From a virus (lineage: Duplodnaviria; Heunggongvirae; Uroviricota; Caudoviricetes), in IMG/VR virus record IMGVR_UViG_3300031759_000002: DNA of 64,000 nt. The stretch is one strand, 5' to 3'. This document shows positions 1 through 8,009 of this stretch, piece after piece. Under the pieces are notes generated by a model, which saw only the letters and a program-made list of their open reading frames with translations, did not search any database and was not told the DNA's origin. Position 1 is the stretch's first letter, and every line of letters begins with the position of its first letter. The position numbers and the translations under genes were made by a program.

Positions 1-1740
1 CAATGGATTAAAAAACCATCAAGACAGAATATAGAAGGCATAGATAAATCATTGATTCAAATAAAATATACTGGTGTTAAAAAATATATTGATAATTCTA
101 TATCATCTGGAAATCAAGAAACCATGAAACGTGCCAAGGATTATTTGGACGCATTTAGACAATATGGACTTGATACCGATGGAGAATTAAGTGTTGAAAA
201 TATTGTATATAAATTACTTCGTAAAAAAGGAATTATTGGAAAATTGAAAACTTCAATCACCAATCAATATGACAAAGAATTAAGTATTGATGAAAACGCA
301 GATATTAATTCAAAAACTTCTAATTTTCATATAGAACCAAATGGAACATCCGTAAAAATATTTTTACATGATGAATGGTTTTGTAATTCATTTAGGCTAC
401 AAGAAGGATTTGGTTATAATAACATGAGAGATGGAGAATGGGTGATTAATGCACACACTGGAGCATTCCGATTAAAGTTTAAAAGTCCGGCTATATCATT
501 TCCATCATTACAAGAGTTATTAAATTATTTAGAAGAATGGTATAGTAATAATATTGTAATGGAGATTAAACAAAAAGATTTAAAACAACGTCATCCTAAA
601 CCGTTTTATGATAAAACATTCCAATCATTAAATGGATTGACACTTGATAATCTTAACGCATTAAGAGAAAAATCAAAACGGGCATATCAGTATGGAATAA
701 AAAATAAACAAGATGATTCTATAATATTACAATCCATGATTGATTATCAAACGTATAATGACGAAATTAAAAAACGACTTAAATATATAAATAAATCTAT
801 GGGAGAAGGTGTTGGAGCCGGCGTTCCTGAAAATGATCCATTACATATTAAAGGACATCGATGGCAGATAGACATTACCAAAAGAAAGACTCCTAAAATG
901 TTATCGGAATCAATGAATGTTTATATTGATGGAGCCTCCTATAAACATAGACTGGATAGCGTTCATGATTTGACTTATTATCTATGTGACACGGTATTGT
1001 CTCCCATACTTCGGAATCTACCAAAAGATCAATTAGATTATTTTAATAAAAATAAAGTCGGCACTACTTATGACATCTTAACCACGGATGGTTCTTACTG
1101 GGAAAAAGGAGAAGGAAACACTGGAATAATAAATTTTTACATTGCTGGATTCACCTCAAAAACTATTAAGCAGGTATTACTCGGGATATTTAATGAATTG
1201 AAAAAATTGAATATCACACTGGGGAAATTCAAACGGGAAAAGAGCCGAATGCTTAATAGTGAAGTGATTAGAGTAATTATCACCGACAATAAAACCAAAT
1301 ACAATGGACCTCCTGAATTGAATATGTCAAATCGTAATGCTTATCATATGTTTAAGGAAGTCTTACAATTTGATCCGATTGATAATGGAAACGTATTTAG
1401 AATGTCGGCACAAGAGTTGAAAGATCGAATATTATCAATTCAATCCGATAAAGACTGGGTTAAACAAAATCAAATTCAACGTAAAGAATTTAAGCCTAAA
1501 CCTAAGCCAGAAGAAGGGGATGAATGGAAACAAACGGATGAACCGGAACCGGAAAATCCATTTGATAAGAGTGACAATCCCCATGACCAAATGGCTGGTA
1601 ATATCGGCAATCAATTAGGAGGAACACATATGATTAGTATGGGATTGAATGATGAGGATATAAATGTTAGATTAGTTGAAATTTTTAGAGTAGCAGAATG
1701 GGCGTTAAATAATGGCTATAAAGATATAACTGTTTCATAA
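1..1740 (+). CDS. 5'-truncated large phage protein with nucleotidyltransferase-like N-terminal region
   Basis: Frame is open from base 1 (QWIKKP...). The motif GELSVENIVYKLLRKKG resembles the C-terminal helix of phage NTase-fold proteins. A long unrelated C-terminal extension follows. Confidence 0.5.
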   Translation, partial: QWIKKPSRQNIEGIDKSLIQIKYTGVKKYIDNSISSGNQETMKRAKDYLDAFRQYGLDTDGELSVENIVYKLLRKKGIIGKLKTSITNQYDKELSIDENADINSKTSNFHIEPNGTSVKIFLHDEWFCNSFRLQEGFGYNNMRDGEWVINAHTGAFRLKFKSPAISFPSLQELLNYLEEWYSNNIVMEIKQKDLKQRHPKPFYDKTFQSLNGLTLDNLNALREKSKRAYQYGIKNKQDDSIILQSMIDYQTYNDEIKKRLKYINKSMGEGVGAGVPENDPLHIKGHRWQIDITKRKTPKMLSESMNVYIDGASYKHRLDSVHDLTYYLCDTVLSPILRNLPKDQLDYFNKNKVGTTYDILTTDGSYWEKGEGNTGIINFYIAGFTSKTIKQVLLGIFNELKKLNITLGKFKREKSRMLNSEVIRVIITDNKTKYNGPPELNMSNRNAYHMFKEVLQFDPIDNGNVFRMSAQELKDRILSIQSDKDWVKQNQIQRKEFKPKPKPEEGDEWKQTDEPEPENPFDKSDNPHDQMAGNIGNQLGGTHMISMGLNDEDINVRLVEIFRVAEWALNNGYKDITVS

Positions 1741-1741
1741 A

Positions 1742-2449
1742 ATGAGTAAAGTCCAAGAACATATTAAGACTGGAAAAATTTGGAAAAACATTGAAGGAAA
1801 ATGGTGTAAACGGTGTCCTTCGTGTGGTTCTGAAGTTATAGGAAAAACGGGGAATCCAAACACAATGTATGAAATGTCATGTTCTATCTCTAAAGGTCAA
1901 TTATGTCATTCTTGTATTGAGATAGGTAAACCAACTTGGTCTTCTCTAAATAAAGAGAAATTTGGAAAAATGGTAAGCGGGGATAAACATCCAATGTTTG
2001 GACGAAAACATACGGCTGAAATGAAGTTAAAACAAAGAAATAGATATTTAGGAACAACATTAAGTGAAGAAACAAAGAAAAAAGTATCAGAATCTGTTAA
2101 AAAAGCATGGAAAAATCCACTTAAACGGGAACATATGATTGATAGATGTAAGTGGAATAATATAGCAATGGATAAAGGACATAAGGAACTTATAGATAAA
2201 TGGAATAAATTGGGATTTAATTTCGTATTAAATTATCAATTAAAAACAGGAAACAATATGTTTTATATAGATGGATATGATCCAATTCATAATGTGGTAT
2301 TGGAATATGATAGTAAATATCATAATAAAGAAGCACAACGTAAAAAAGATAAAATTAGACAACAAAAAATAATTGATACGTTAAAACCTAAAAAATTTTG
2401 GAGATATAATTTTTCGAATAAAACATTTTTTCAGTATATTTATATATAA
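1742..2449 (+). CDS. homing endonuclease-like protein (Zn ribbon + NUMOD3 + Vsr-like/PD-(D/E)xK nuclease)
   Basis: CPSC/CHSC, HPMFGRKHT and LSEETKKKVS NUMOD3-like repeats, YIDGYD...VLEYDSKYH. Confidence 0.8.
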   Translation: MSKVQEHIKTGKIWKNIEGKWCKRCPSCGSEVIGKTGNPNTMYEMSCSISKGQLCHSCIEIGKPTWSSLNKEKFGKMVSGDKHPMFGRKHTAEMKLKQRNRYLGTTLSEETKKKVSESVKKAWKNPLKREHMIDRCKWNNIAMDKGHKELIDKWNKLGFNFVLNYQLKTGNNMFYIDGYDPIHNVVLEYDSKYHNKEAQRKKDKIRQQKIIDTLKPKKFWRYNFSNKTFFQYIYI

Positions 2450-2505
2450 TGAAACATATTAAACAACACAATTCAACGGTGGTTGAATAACTGAAAGATA
2501 AAAAA

Positions 2506-2997
2506 ATGCCGGATCTTCTCACCAACCAAGAAATATTTTACACTCAATTTGAGCCAAAGACAAAGAACCGTTTTATAATGTATATTGACGGCATTCCTAC
2601 ATATACTATTAAGAAAACCGATAGACCAAAGTGGAAACAGGATCGTAAAACTATTGATTATATCAATTTACAATATTTTTATAAAGGAAAAACCACATGG
2701 GAACAGATTACTATTGAATTGTATGACCCAGTAGTTCCTTCTTCTGCTCAAGCCGCATTTGAATGGTTTAGATTATCTCATGAATCTGTAACTGGGCGTG
2801 ATGGATATGCTGACTTTTATAAGAAAGATATTACATTAAACATGACTGGTCCAATTGGCGACAAAGTAGAAGAATGGACGTTAAAAGGTGCATTTCCTGT
2901 ATCATTTGATGGCGGAACATTAGATTGGACTGATACTGGTGAACCGTTGAATATAACGTTAGCGTTGAGCTACGATTTTGCCATACTTCAGTATTGA
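2506..2997 (+). CDS. tail tube protein (T4 gp19-like)
   Basis: FEPKTKNRFIMYIDGIP, KGKTTWEQITIELYDP, EEWTLKGAFP, LSYDFAIL motifs. Confidence 0.9.
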   Translation: MPDLLTNQEIFYTQFEPKTKNRFIMYIDGIPTYTIKKTDRPKWKQDRKTIDYINLQYFYKGKTTWEQITIELYDPVVPSSAQAAFEWFRLSHESVTGRDGYADFYKKDITLNMTGPIGDKVEEWTLKGAFPVSFDGGTLDWTDTGEPLNITLALSYDFAILQY

Positions 2998-3069
2998 CTT
3001 ACGATTACGCAATATTAACATAATCAAAGATAAGATTGCGTAATTATAAATAAAATATATTGCGGTTTG

Positions 3070-3104
3070 AAATCCTTCCTATATACTTATATTTGGAAGG
3101 ATTT
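3070..3104 (+). promoter_or_regulatory. SD-sequestering hairpin with late-motif variant in the loop
   Basis: Perfect 10-bp stem AAATCCTTCC (3070-3079)/GGAAGGATTT (3095-3104); the loop contains ATACTTATA. Confidence 0.7.
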
Positions 3105-3107
3105 TTT

Positions 3108-3917
3108 ATGTCTGAATATAAATGTAAATTATGTGAAATTGAGTTTGATAACTATAAATCATTAAGTCGTCATAATAGTATTGCACATGGAATAAAATCT
3201 GACGCATTCTATGTTGATTTTTATCTTAATGGAATGTGGCCCTTATGCAAATGTGGATGTGGAGGAAAAGTCAAATGGTCATATGGTTTAAAATCATTCT
3301 GTGAATTGTGTAAAGGACATTACAGTAGAATACATAACAATTGGGGACATAATAAAAAATGTTTGGAAAAATCATTAGAGACCAGAATAAAAAGATTTAA
3401 TTCTGGAGAACTTACTACTTGGAATAGTGGTCTTTCAAAAGAAACAGATGAAAGAGTTAAAAATAATGGATTAGCAACATCTATTGCATTTACTCAGGAT
3501 AGAAAAAATAAATACTCCAGAACAATGAAAGAAAATAGATTAAACGGAACTATTCCAACATTAAACAGAAGTAATCATTCTCAATGGAAAGGCGGAATAA
3601 GTAATATATATCCAATAGTTTATGCTGATAGACGTTTATATAAGGAATGGAAATATCCAATTTTAGTAAGAGATGGATTTAAATGTGTAAAATGTGGAAG
3701 TGATGATAAATTACATATACATCACGATAAAGAATACATGACCGAAATTATTAAAAAACATATGGTAGAAATTACAGAAGAAATGTTAAAAGATTTTGAA
3801 ATTAAAAAATTGATATCGGATACAGTTGTAGATTATCACATAAACAATAAAGTATCAGGTATAACTCTATGTCACAAATGTCATAATGAACTACATCCAT
3901 CATTAAATTTTAAATAA
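3108..3917 (+). CDS. HNH homing endonuclease
   Basis: CVKCGSDDKLHIHH...ITLCHKCHNELH. The ATG at 3108 follows a GGAAGG SD, so it is preferred over the ORF-track start at 3060. Confidence 0.85.
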   Translation: MSEYKCKLCEIEFDNYKSLSRHNSIAHGIKSDAFYVDFYLNGMWPLCKCGCGGKVKWSYGLKSFCELCKGHYSRIHNNWGHNKKCLEKSLETRIKRFNSGELTTWNSGLSKETDERVKNNGLATSIAFTQDRKNKYSRTMKENRLNGTIPTLNRSNHSQWKGGISNIYPIVYADRRLYKEWKYPILVRDGFKCVKCGSDDKLHIHHDKEYMTEIIKKHMVEITEEMLKDFEIKKLISDTVVDYHINNKVSGITLCHKCHNELHPSLNFK

Positions 3918-3919
3918 AC

Positions 3920-4486
3920 ATGCCTATTATATTACCCACTCCCAAAGATAGAATATTATTATTCAATAAAGACGTTACACAAATTACAATTGGAGAATTA
4001 ACAAAATCAATATTAGAAATAGAAGATGATGATGAATATAATAAAAAATTATATTCATTACATAATTTAGAATATACTCCACCTCCCATTAAACTTTACA
4101 TTGATAGTCATGGCGGCGATGTTTATCATTGTTTTGGATTGATAGGAATAATGAAAAAGTGCAAAACCAAAATTAATACGATTGTAACAGGTTGCGCTAC
4201 AAGTGCTGGATTTATTATATCTATAACTGGTTATAAGAGATATTCATATAGTTATTCTACTTTTATGCACCATCAATTAAGCGATATGTCTGATGGAACT
4301 TTAAAAGAACAACTAAAAAATATAGAAGAAGCTGAACGATTGCAAGAAATAATGAATAATCACGTATTAAAACATACTAAAATATCAAAAAATAAATTAA
4401 AAAAAGTGTATGAAAGTAATACGGATTGGATTATGTCTGCTCAAGACGCTTTGAAGCTTGGTTGTATCGATGAAATTATAGAGTAA
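3920..4486 (+). CDS. clpP: ClpP-like serine protease
   Basis: IKLYIDSHGGDV, GCATSAG (catalytic Ser), FMHHQ (His), WIMSAQDALKLGCIDEI. Confidence 0.9.
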   Translation: MPIILPTPKDRILLFNKDVTQITIGELTKSILEIEDDDEYNKKLYSLHNLEYTPPPIKLYIDSHGGDVYHCFGLIGIMKKCKTKINTIVTGCATSAGFIISITGYKRYSYSYSTFMHHQLSDMSDGTLKEQLKNIEEAERLQEIMNNHVLKHTKISKNKLKKVYESNTDWIMSAQDALKLGCIDEIIE

Positions 4487-4493
4487 AAAATAC

Positions 4494-4522
4494 TTGACAT
4501 TTTTCAAATTTCGGAATATATT
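4494..4522 (+). promoter_or_regulatory. sigma70-type promoter overlapping late motif, upstream of hsp20
   Basis: TTGACA-N17-TATATT with ATATTTAT overlapping the -10. Confidence 0.6.
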
Positions 4523-4595
4523 TATTGGTATCATATGCTACTTGTGTAGGTATGATGATAAACTATAGATAAACAACTATTATAGAAAGGTAAAT

Positions 4596-5093
4596 ATGAA
4601 TACTAATAAATTAGTCCGTTACAATACTTCGTTTCCATCTTTGTTTTCTAACCGAGATGAGTTTTTAACCCCGTATACATCAATATATAATGAGATTTTT
4701 AACTCCTCATTTCCTGATTTGTTTGATGATTTTGGAATTGATTTTTATGGAAAAAACTCATATCCTAAAGTAGATATTCAAGATACCGAAACATCCACAT
4801 TAATCGAGGCGGAAATACCTGGCTTATCAAAAGACCAAGTAACAATTGAGATTAAAGATGATATATTGTCTATCAGAGGAGAAAAGCAAGATAAAAAAGA
4901 TTATTCTACTGGTTCCCAATACATTCATAAAGAATTGAAGAAATCTTCATTTAGCCGCAGTTTTTCTCTTGGTTCTAATTATGATAAAGAAAACGTAGAT
5001 GCGAAGTTTAATAATGGAATTCTTGAGATTACATTAAAGAAAATTAAACCTACTCCTAAGAAAGAAGAGATTAAAAAAATAGAAATTAAATGA
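4596..5093 (+). CDS. hsp20: Hsp20/alpha-crystallin small heat-shock protein
   Basis: YPKVDI, EAEIPGL, LSIRGEK, SFSRSFSL, AKFNNGILEITL; SD GAAAGG upstream. Confidence 0.93.
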   Translation: MNTNKLVRYNTSFPSLFSNRDEFLTPYTSIYNEIFNSSFPDLFDDFGIDFYGKNSYPKVDIQDTETSTLIEAEIPGLSKDQVTIEIKDDILSIRGEKQDKKDYSTGSQYIHKELKKSSFSRSFSLGSNYDKENVDAKFNNGILEITLKKIKPTPKKEEIKKIEIK

Positions 5094-5116
5094 TTAATAA
5101 TTGAATATTAACAACC

Positions 5117-5146
5117 AAGCACCAGCATTGTTCTGGTGCTTTTTTA
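5117..5146 (+). terminator. intrinsic terminator after hsp20
   Basis: AGCACCAG-N7-CTGGTGCT followed by a T run. Confidence 0.8.
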
Positions 5147-5201
5147 TTGGTTTTTGTATTATAATTGTTATATTTATATTTATAACTTTACAATATAATA
5201 T

Positions 5202-6176
5202 ATGAAAATAAAACAAGAACTTTTAGAAACCCTTATTCGTGTCTGCGCCAAGGAAGTTTTAACTCAATTAAATGAGGGAAAATGCAAGAAATGCAAATGC
5301 GGTAAGAATGTTATATTCGGAGAAAAGAAATGTAAAGAATGTAAATCTGGATGTTTGAAAGAAGTTGAGGAAAGCAATACGGCAGAAGGAAAAGAAGTAG
5401 AAGAAGAAGGAAAAGATAAAAAATGGATACAGAAAGCAATTAAAAAACCAGGTGCATTACATAAACAATTACACGTTCCTCAAGATGAAAAAATACCATC
5501 TTCAAAATTAAATGCGGCAGCTTCTAAAGGTGGAAAATTAGGAAAAAGAGCCAACTTAGCCAAGACACTAAAAGGTTTAAATAAAGAAGATGCTACATCT
5601 GGTGCGGCTGCTCCTCCATTAGCAGGACAAGGTGCAGTTGACCTTCCCGAAGTTCCAAGAGATGAAACTCCTATTGATAATGAACCATCCGGAGAAGAAA
5701 CTCCTAAAACAGCAAAGAAGAAAAAATTACAAGGAATAGTATTGTATACTCCGTCCGGAGAAATTAGAGAAGTTCCATTTAGAATGTGGGCAGATGATGC
5801 TTCTATTGAAAGAACACTTCATCGGGTAGGTTCTTCTATTGGTGGAAGTAAAGTTAAAATTGCTATTCAGACAATGAAAAAAGTAAAAAGTGGATTAAAT
5901 GATAAAACTCCTACTTACATTTACATTGGAAAATATGACCCATCAGCCGAAGAATTATTCGTATTTGCAGACCGTAATTTAGACGTAGCCAAAGAGGAAT
6001 CGATTAAACCAGATGAACATACCGAAGATTCTATTGGAGATGCCGAAGAATTACATAATCGTGACCAAGAAGTTACTAATGATGATGAGTTGTTAGCCAA
6101 ACATTTAGCTGGTGAGGACCGTCCTACTATAGATAAAGAAATAGGATTTGATGATTCCGAATCGGGACAAGATTAA
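5202..6176 (+). CDS. hypothetical late protein with Cys-rich segment and embedded basic module
   Basis: Long ORF preceded by tandem ATATTTATA; acidic, low-complexity, with a KKWIQKAIKKPG...KTLKGL basic block. Confidence 0.75.
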   Translation: MKIKQELLETLIRVCAKEVLTQLNEGKCKKCKCGKNVIFGEKKCKECKSGCLKEVEESNTAEGKEVEEEGKDKKWIQKAIKKPGALHKQLHVPQDEKIPSSKLNAAASKGGKLGKRANLAKTLKGLNKEDATSGAAAPPLAGQGAVDLPEVPRDETPIDNEPSGEETPKTAKKKKLQGIVLYTPSGEIREVPFRMWADDASIERTLHRVGSSIGGSKVKIAIQTMKKVKSGLNDKTPTYIYIGKYDPSAEELFVFADRNLDVAKEESIKPDEHTEDSIGDAEELHNRDQEVTNDDELLAKHLAGEDRPTIDKEIGFDDSESGQD

Positions 6177-6177
6177 T

Positions 6178-6534
6178 ATGATTACCGAATCTCAGTTAAA
6201 AGAATTAGTTAAACACATTGTAAAAGAAATTGTAAATGAATACAATGCAATGGATATGGAAAATGAAGATGAAGATGATGTTAATATGTCAGGAGGAGCA
6301 CCAGTAACCAATCCACCATCGGTTGCTATGTCTGTGTCCGATCAGCAGAAAATGAAACAGTTAAAAGATAAACAGAGAACTGTTAATTTAAAAGCTCAAA
6401 AAACTGAACTTGATACTGCTAAGAAAAAATTAGATTATACTAAACGTGATCAAGACCAAATAAAATGTATAGAAATACCATCTTTACAGAAATCAGTTCA
6501 ACAATTAAGCCATCCATCTACGACCCAATTTTAA
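6178..6534 (+). CDS. hypothetical protein (coiled coil)
   Basis: ORF; the ATG at 6178 directly follows the previous stop and begins MITESQLKELVKHIVKE. Confidence 0.7.
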   Translation: MITESQLKELVKHIVKEIVNEYNAMDMENEDEDDVNMSGGAPVTNPPSVAMSVSDQQKMKQLKDKQRTVNLKAQKTELDTAKKKLDYTKRDQDQIKCIEIPSLQKSVQQLSHPSTTQF

Positions 6535-6755
6535 TTATCTCCTAATAGATGTAGGTTTAGCTTCACTTATTCCTTTGGATTTTTCTATTTCCCGTTCTTC
6601 GTGTTCTTTATTTTTAATCAATCGATTATAATAAAAATTACGAAGTGGAATTGGCATAGAATATAATGCATCGTGGTCGAATCGACCTACATGAACCAAA
6701 TCAAATATTATATTGTGTATGGATAATACGTATTCTTTAGTTAGGGAAAAAAAAC
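6535..6755 (-). CDS. putative frameshifted extension of the gp26-like chaperone
   Basis: FFSLTKEY...LYSMPIPLRNFYY resembles the short ORF that follows gp26-like genes. It has no plausible start of its own and overlaps the U8 run at the end of the upstream gene. Confidence 0.6.
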
Positions 6756-7558
6756 CCGATACCCATAGGCACCTCTTGCTTTCTTTCGGAGTCACATGAG
6801 GAACAAGTAAAATCAAATGTAGTATCCAATGTTGGAGATATTGATTTAATATATTTTCTTAATTCGAGACTATCTTTTGAAATTAATTCACCATCATTTA
6901 CAAACTTTCTAATTTTAGAAACTTCATTTTCACCGTCTATAGAAGTAATTATATAACTTAAACGAGTTGTCATTTCAGTGCTCTGTTTACTAACCTTTTT
7001 CATAGCCTCAATTTCTTTTTCTATGTTAAATATATCTTTTCTGGTTAATAATTTAAATGTAACAGTTCGTTTACTATATGGCAATTCAAATATAAAATTA
7101 TTTTGCCCTTTTATAAAATTGCTTTCGACTAACTCCGAGTTTTTCATTTGACTTAAATCTATATCAACTTGAGTATCTTTTCCACATTTTCCACAAGTAA
7201 TAGTAACTTCATAAGAATCTCCATATGCCATTCTTCTTAACGCAAATATTGCCGCATCAAAATCACACATTAACATTTCATTTGTCTTTACTGTTTTATC
7301 AACTATTACCGATTCCAATAGTTTATCAAGCAGAGTTCCATTTTTCATCAATGTTTGATTAGTCAATAGATTTTCCTCTTTTGCCGTTAAGTTTTTTAAT
7401 TCTAACGTTCCTGAACTTAATGGATTGGATTCATCATAGGGAAATCCTTGACTTGGTAATGATATAATTTCGGTTGGATACTTAGGAACTTCCGCCTTTA
7501 TGGGGATAGGAGTTGTCACTGATGGTCTGGTTATTGATATTGTATTATTATCTGGCAT
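6737..7558 (-). CDS. baseplate hub / tail assembly chaperone (T4 gp26-like)
   Basis: IISLPSQG, LKNLTAKEENLL, RRMAYGDSY, CGKC and CSSC Zn pairs, ends FFFP; next to the tape measure gene. Confidence 0.85.
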   Translation of the reverse strand: MPDNNTISITRPSVTTPIPIKAEVPKYPTEIISLPSQGFPYDESNPLSSGTLELKNLTAKEENLLTNQTLMKNGTLLDKLLESVIVDKTVKTNEMLMCDFDAAIFALRRMAYGDSYEVTITCGKCGKDTQVDIDLSQMKNSELVESNFIKGQNNFIFELPYSKRTVTFKLLTRKDIFNIEKEIEAMKKVSKQSTEMTTRLSYIITSIDGENEVSKIRKFVNDGELISKDSLELRKYIKSISPTLDTTFDFTCSSCDSERKQEVPMGIGFFFPN

Positions 7559-7601
7559 ATATGTAATCTGGTTTTAATCTACAAATATACATATATGCCA
7601 G
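7552..7601 (-). promoter_or_regulatory. 14-bp hairpin burying the start codon of the gp26-like gene
   Basis: CTGGCATATATGTA (7552-7565)/TACATATATGCCAG (7588-7601) perfect inverted repeat; ATATTTGTA at the arm/loop junction on the minus strand. Confidence 0.75.
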
Positions 7602-7626
7602 CCAAACTTTTTTAATTAATTATATT

Positions 7627-7929
7627 TTACTTAGCTAATCCACATCCATCAGGAGGAGTTAATCCATATCCAAGTAAAACAATCCAAGAGAAAATGCAAA
7701 TCATCCACAATACAAAGTTTACCATTACCATTTTTGATTTTACTCGCTTATCGTCATTCCCACATCCAAACTCACCCATATATCGTCCTCGAAAATATGG
7801 CGCAAAAGCAGGTGCAAATAATGCAAATATAACTACAAAGGTAACGGCTGCTAGAATTATAATTTCAGCAATAAACTTAATCAAATCTCCGATAAACCCG
7901 AAGATTACATTTTCTCGTTTTTCAATCAT
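7627..7929 (-). CDS. small membrane protein with two hydrophobic segments
   Basis: Two TM-like stretches; sigma70-type promoter 6 nt upstream of the ATG. Confidence 0.7.
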   Translation of the reverse strand: MIEKRENVIFGFIGDLIKFIAEIIILAAVTFVVIFALFAPAFAPYFRGRYMGEFGCGNDDKRVKSKMVMVNFVLWMICIFSWIVLLGYGLTPPDGCGLAK

Positions 7930-7935
7930 GTTTAC

Positions 7936-7963
7936 AGTATATCAGAGAAATATAAAAAGTCAA
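7936..7963 (-). promoter_or_regulatory. sigma70-type promoter (leaderless)
   Basis: TTGACT-N16-TATACT-N6-ATG. Confidence 0.7.
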
Positions 7964-8009
7964 GGGTTATTTTAACGGTTAAAACTCAATAATTCTATAT
8001 TTATATTAT

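Noticed and set aside
2449-2490. 13-codon mini-ORF MKHIKQHNSTVVE and a small hairpin before the tail tube gene
   Set aside because: Too short to support as a gene or leader peptide from sequence alone.
7694-7975. Plus-strand 93-aa ORF and the many other short antisense ORFs in the track (e.g. 8006-8353, 10568-10924, 30531-30833, 45289-45687)
   Set aside because: They are shadow ORFs opposite well-supported genes, with no motifs or promoters.
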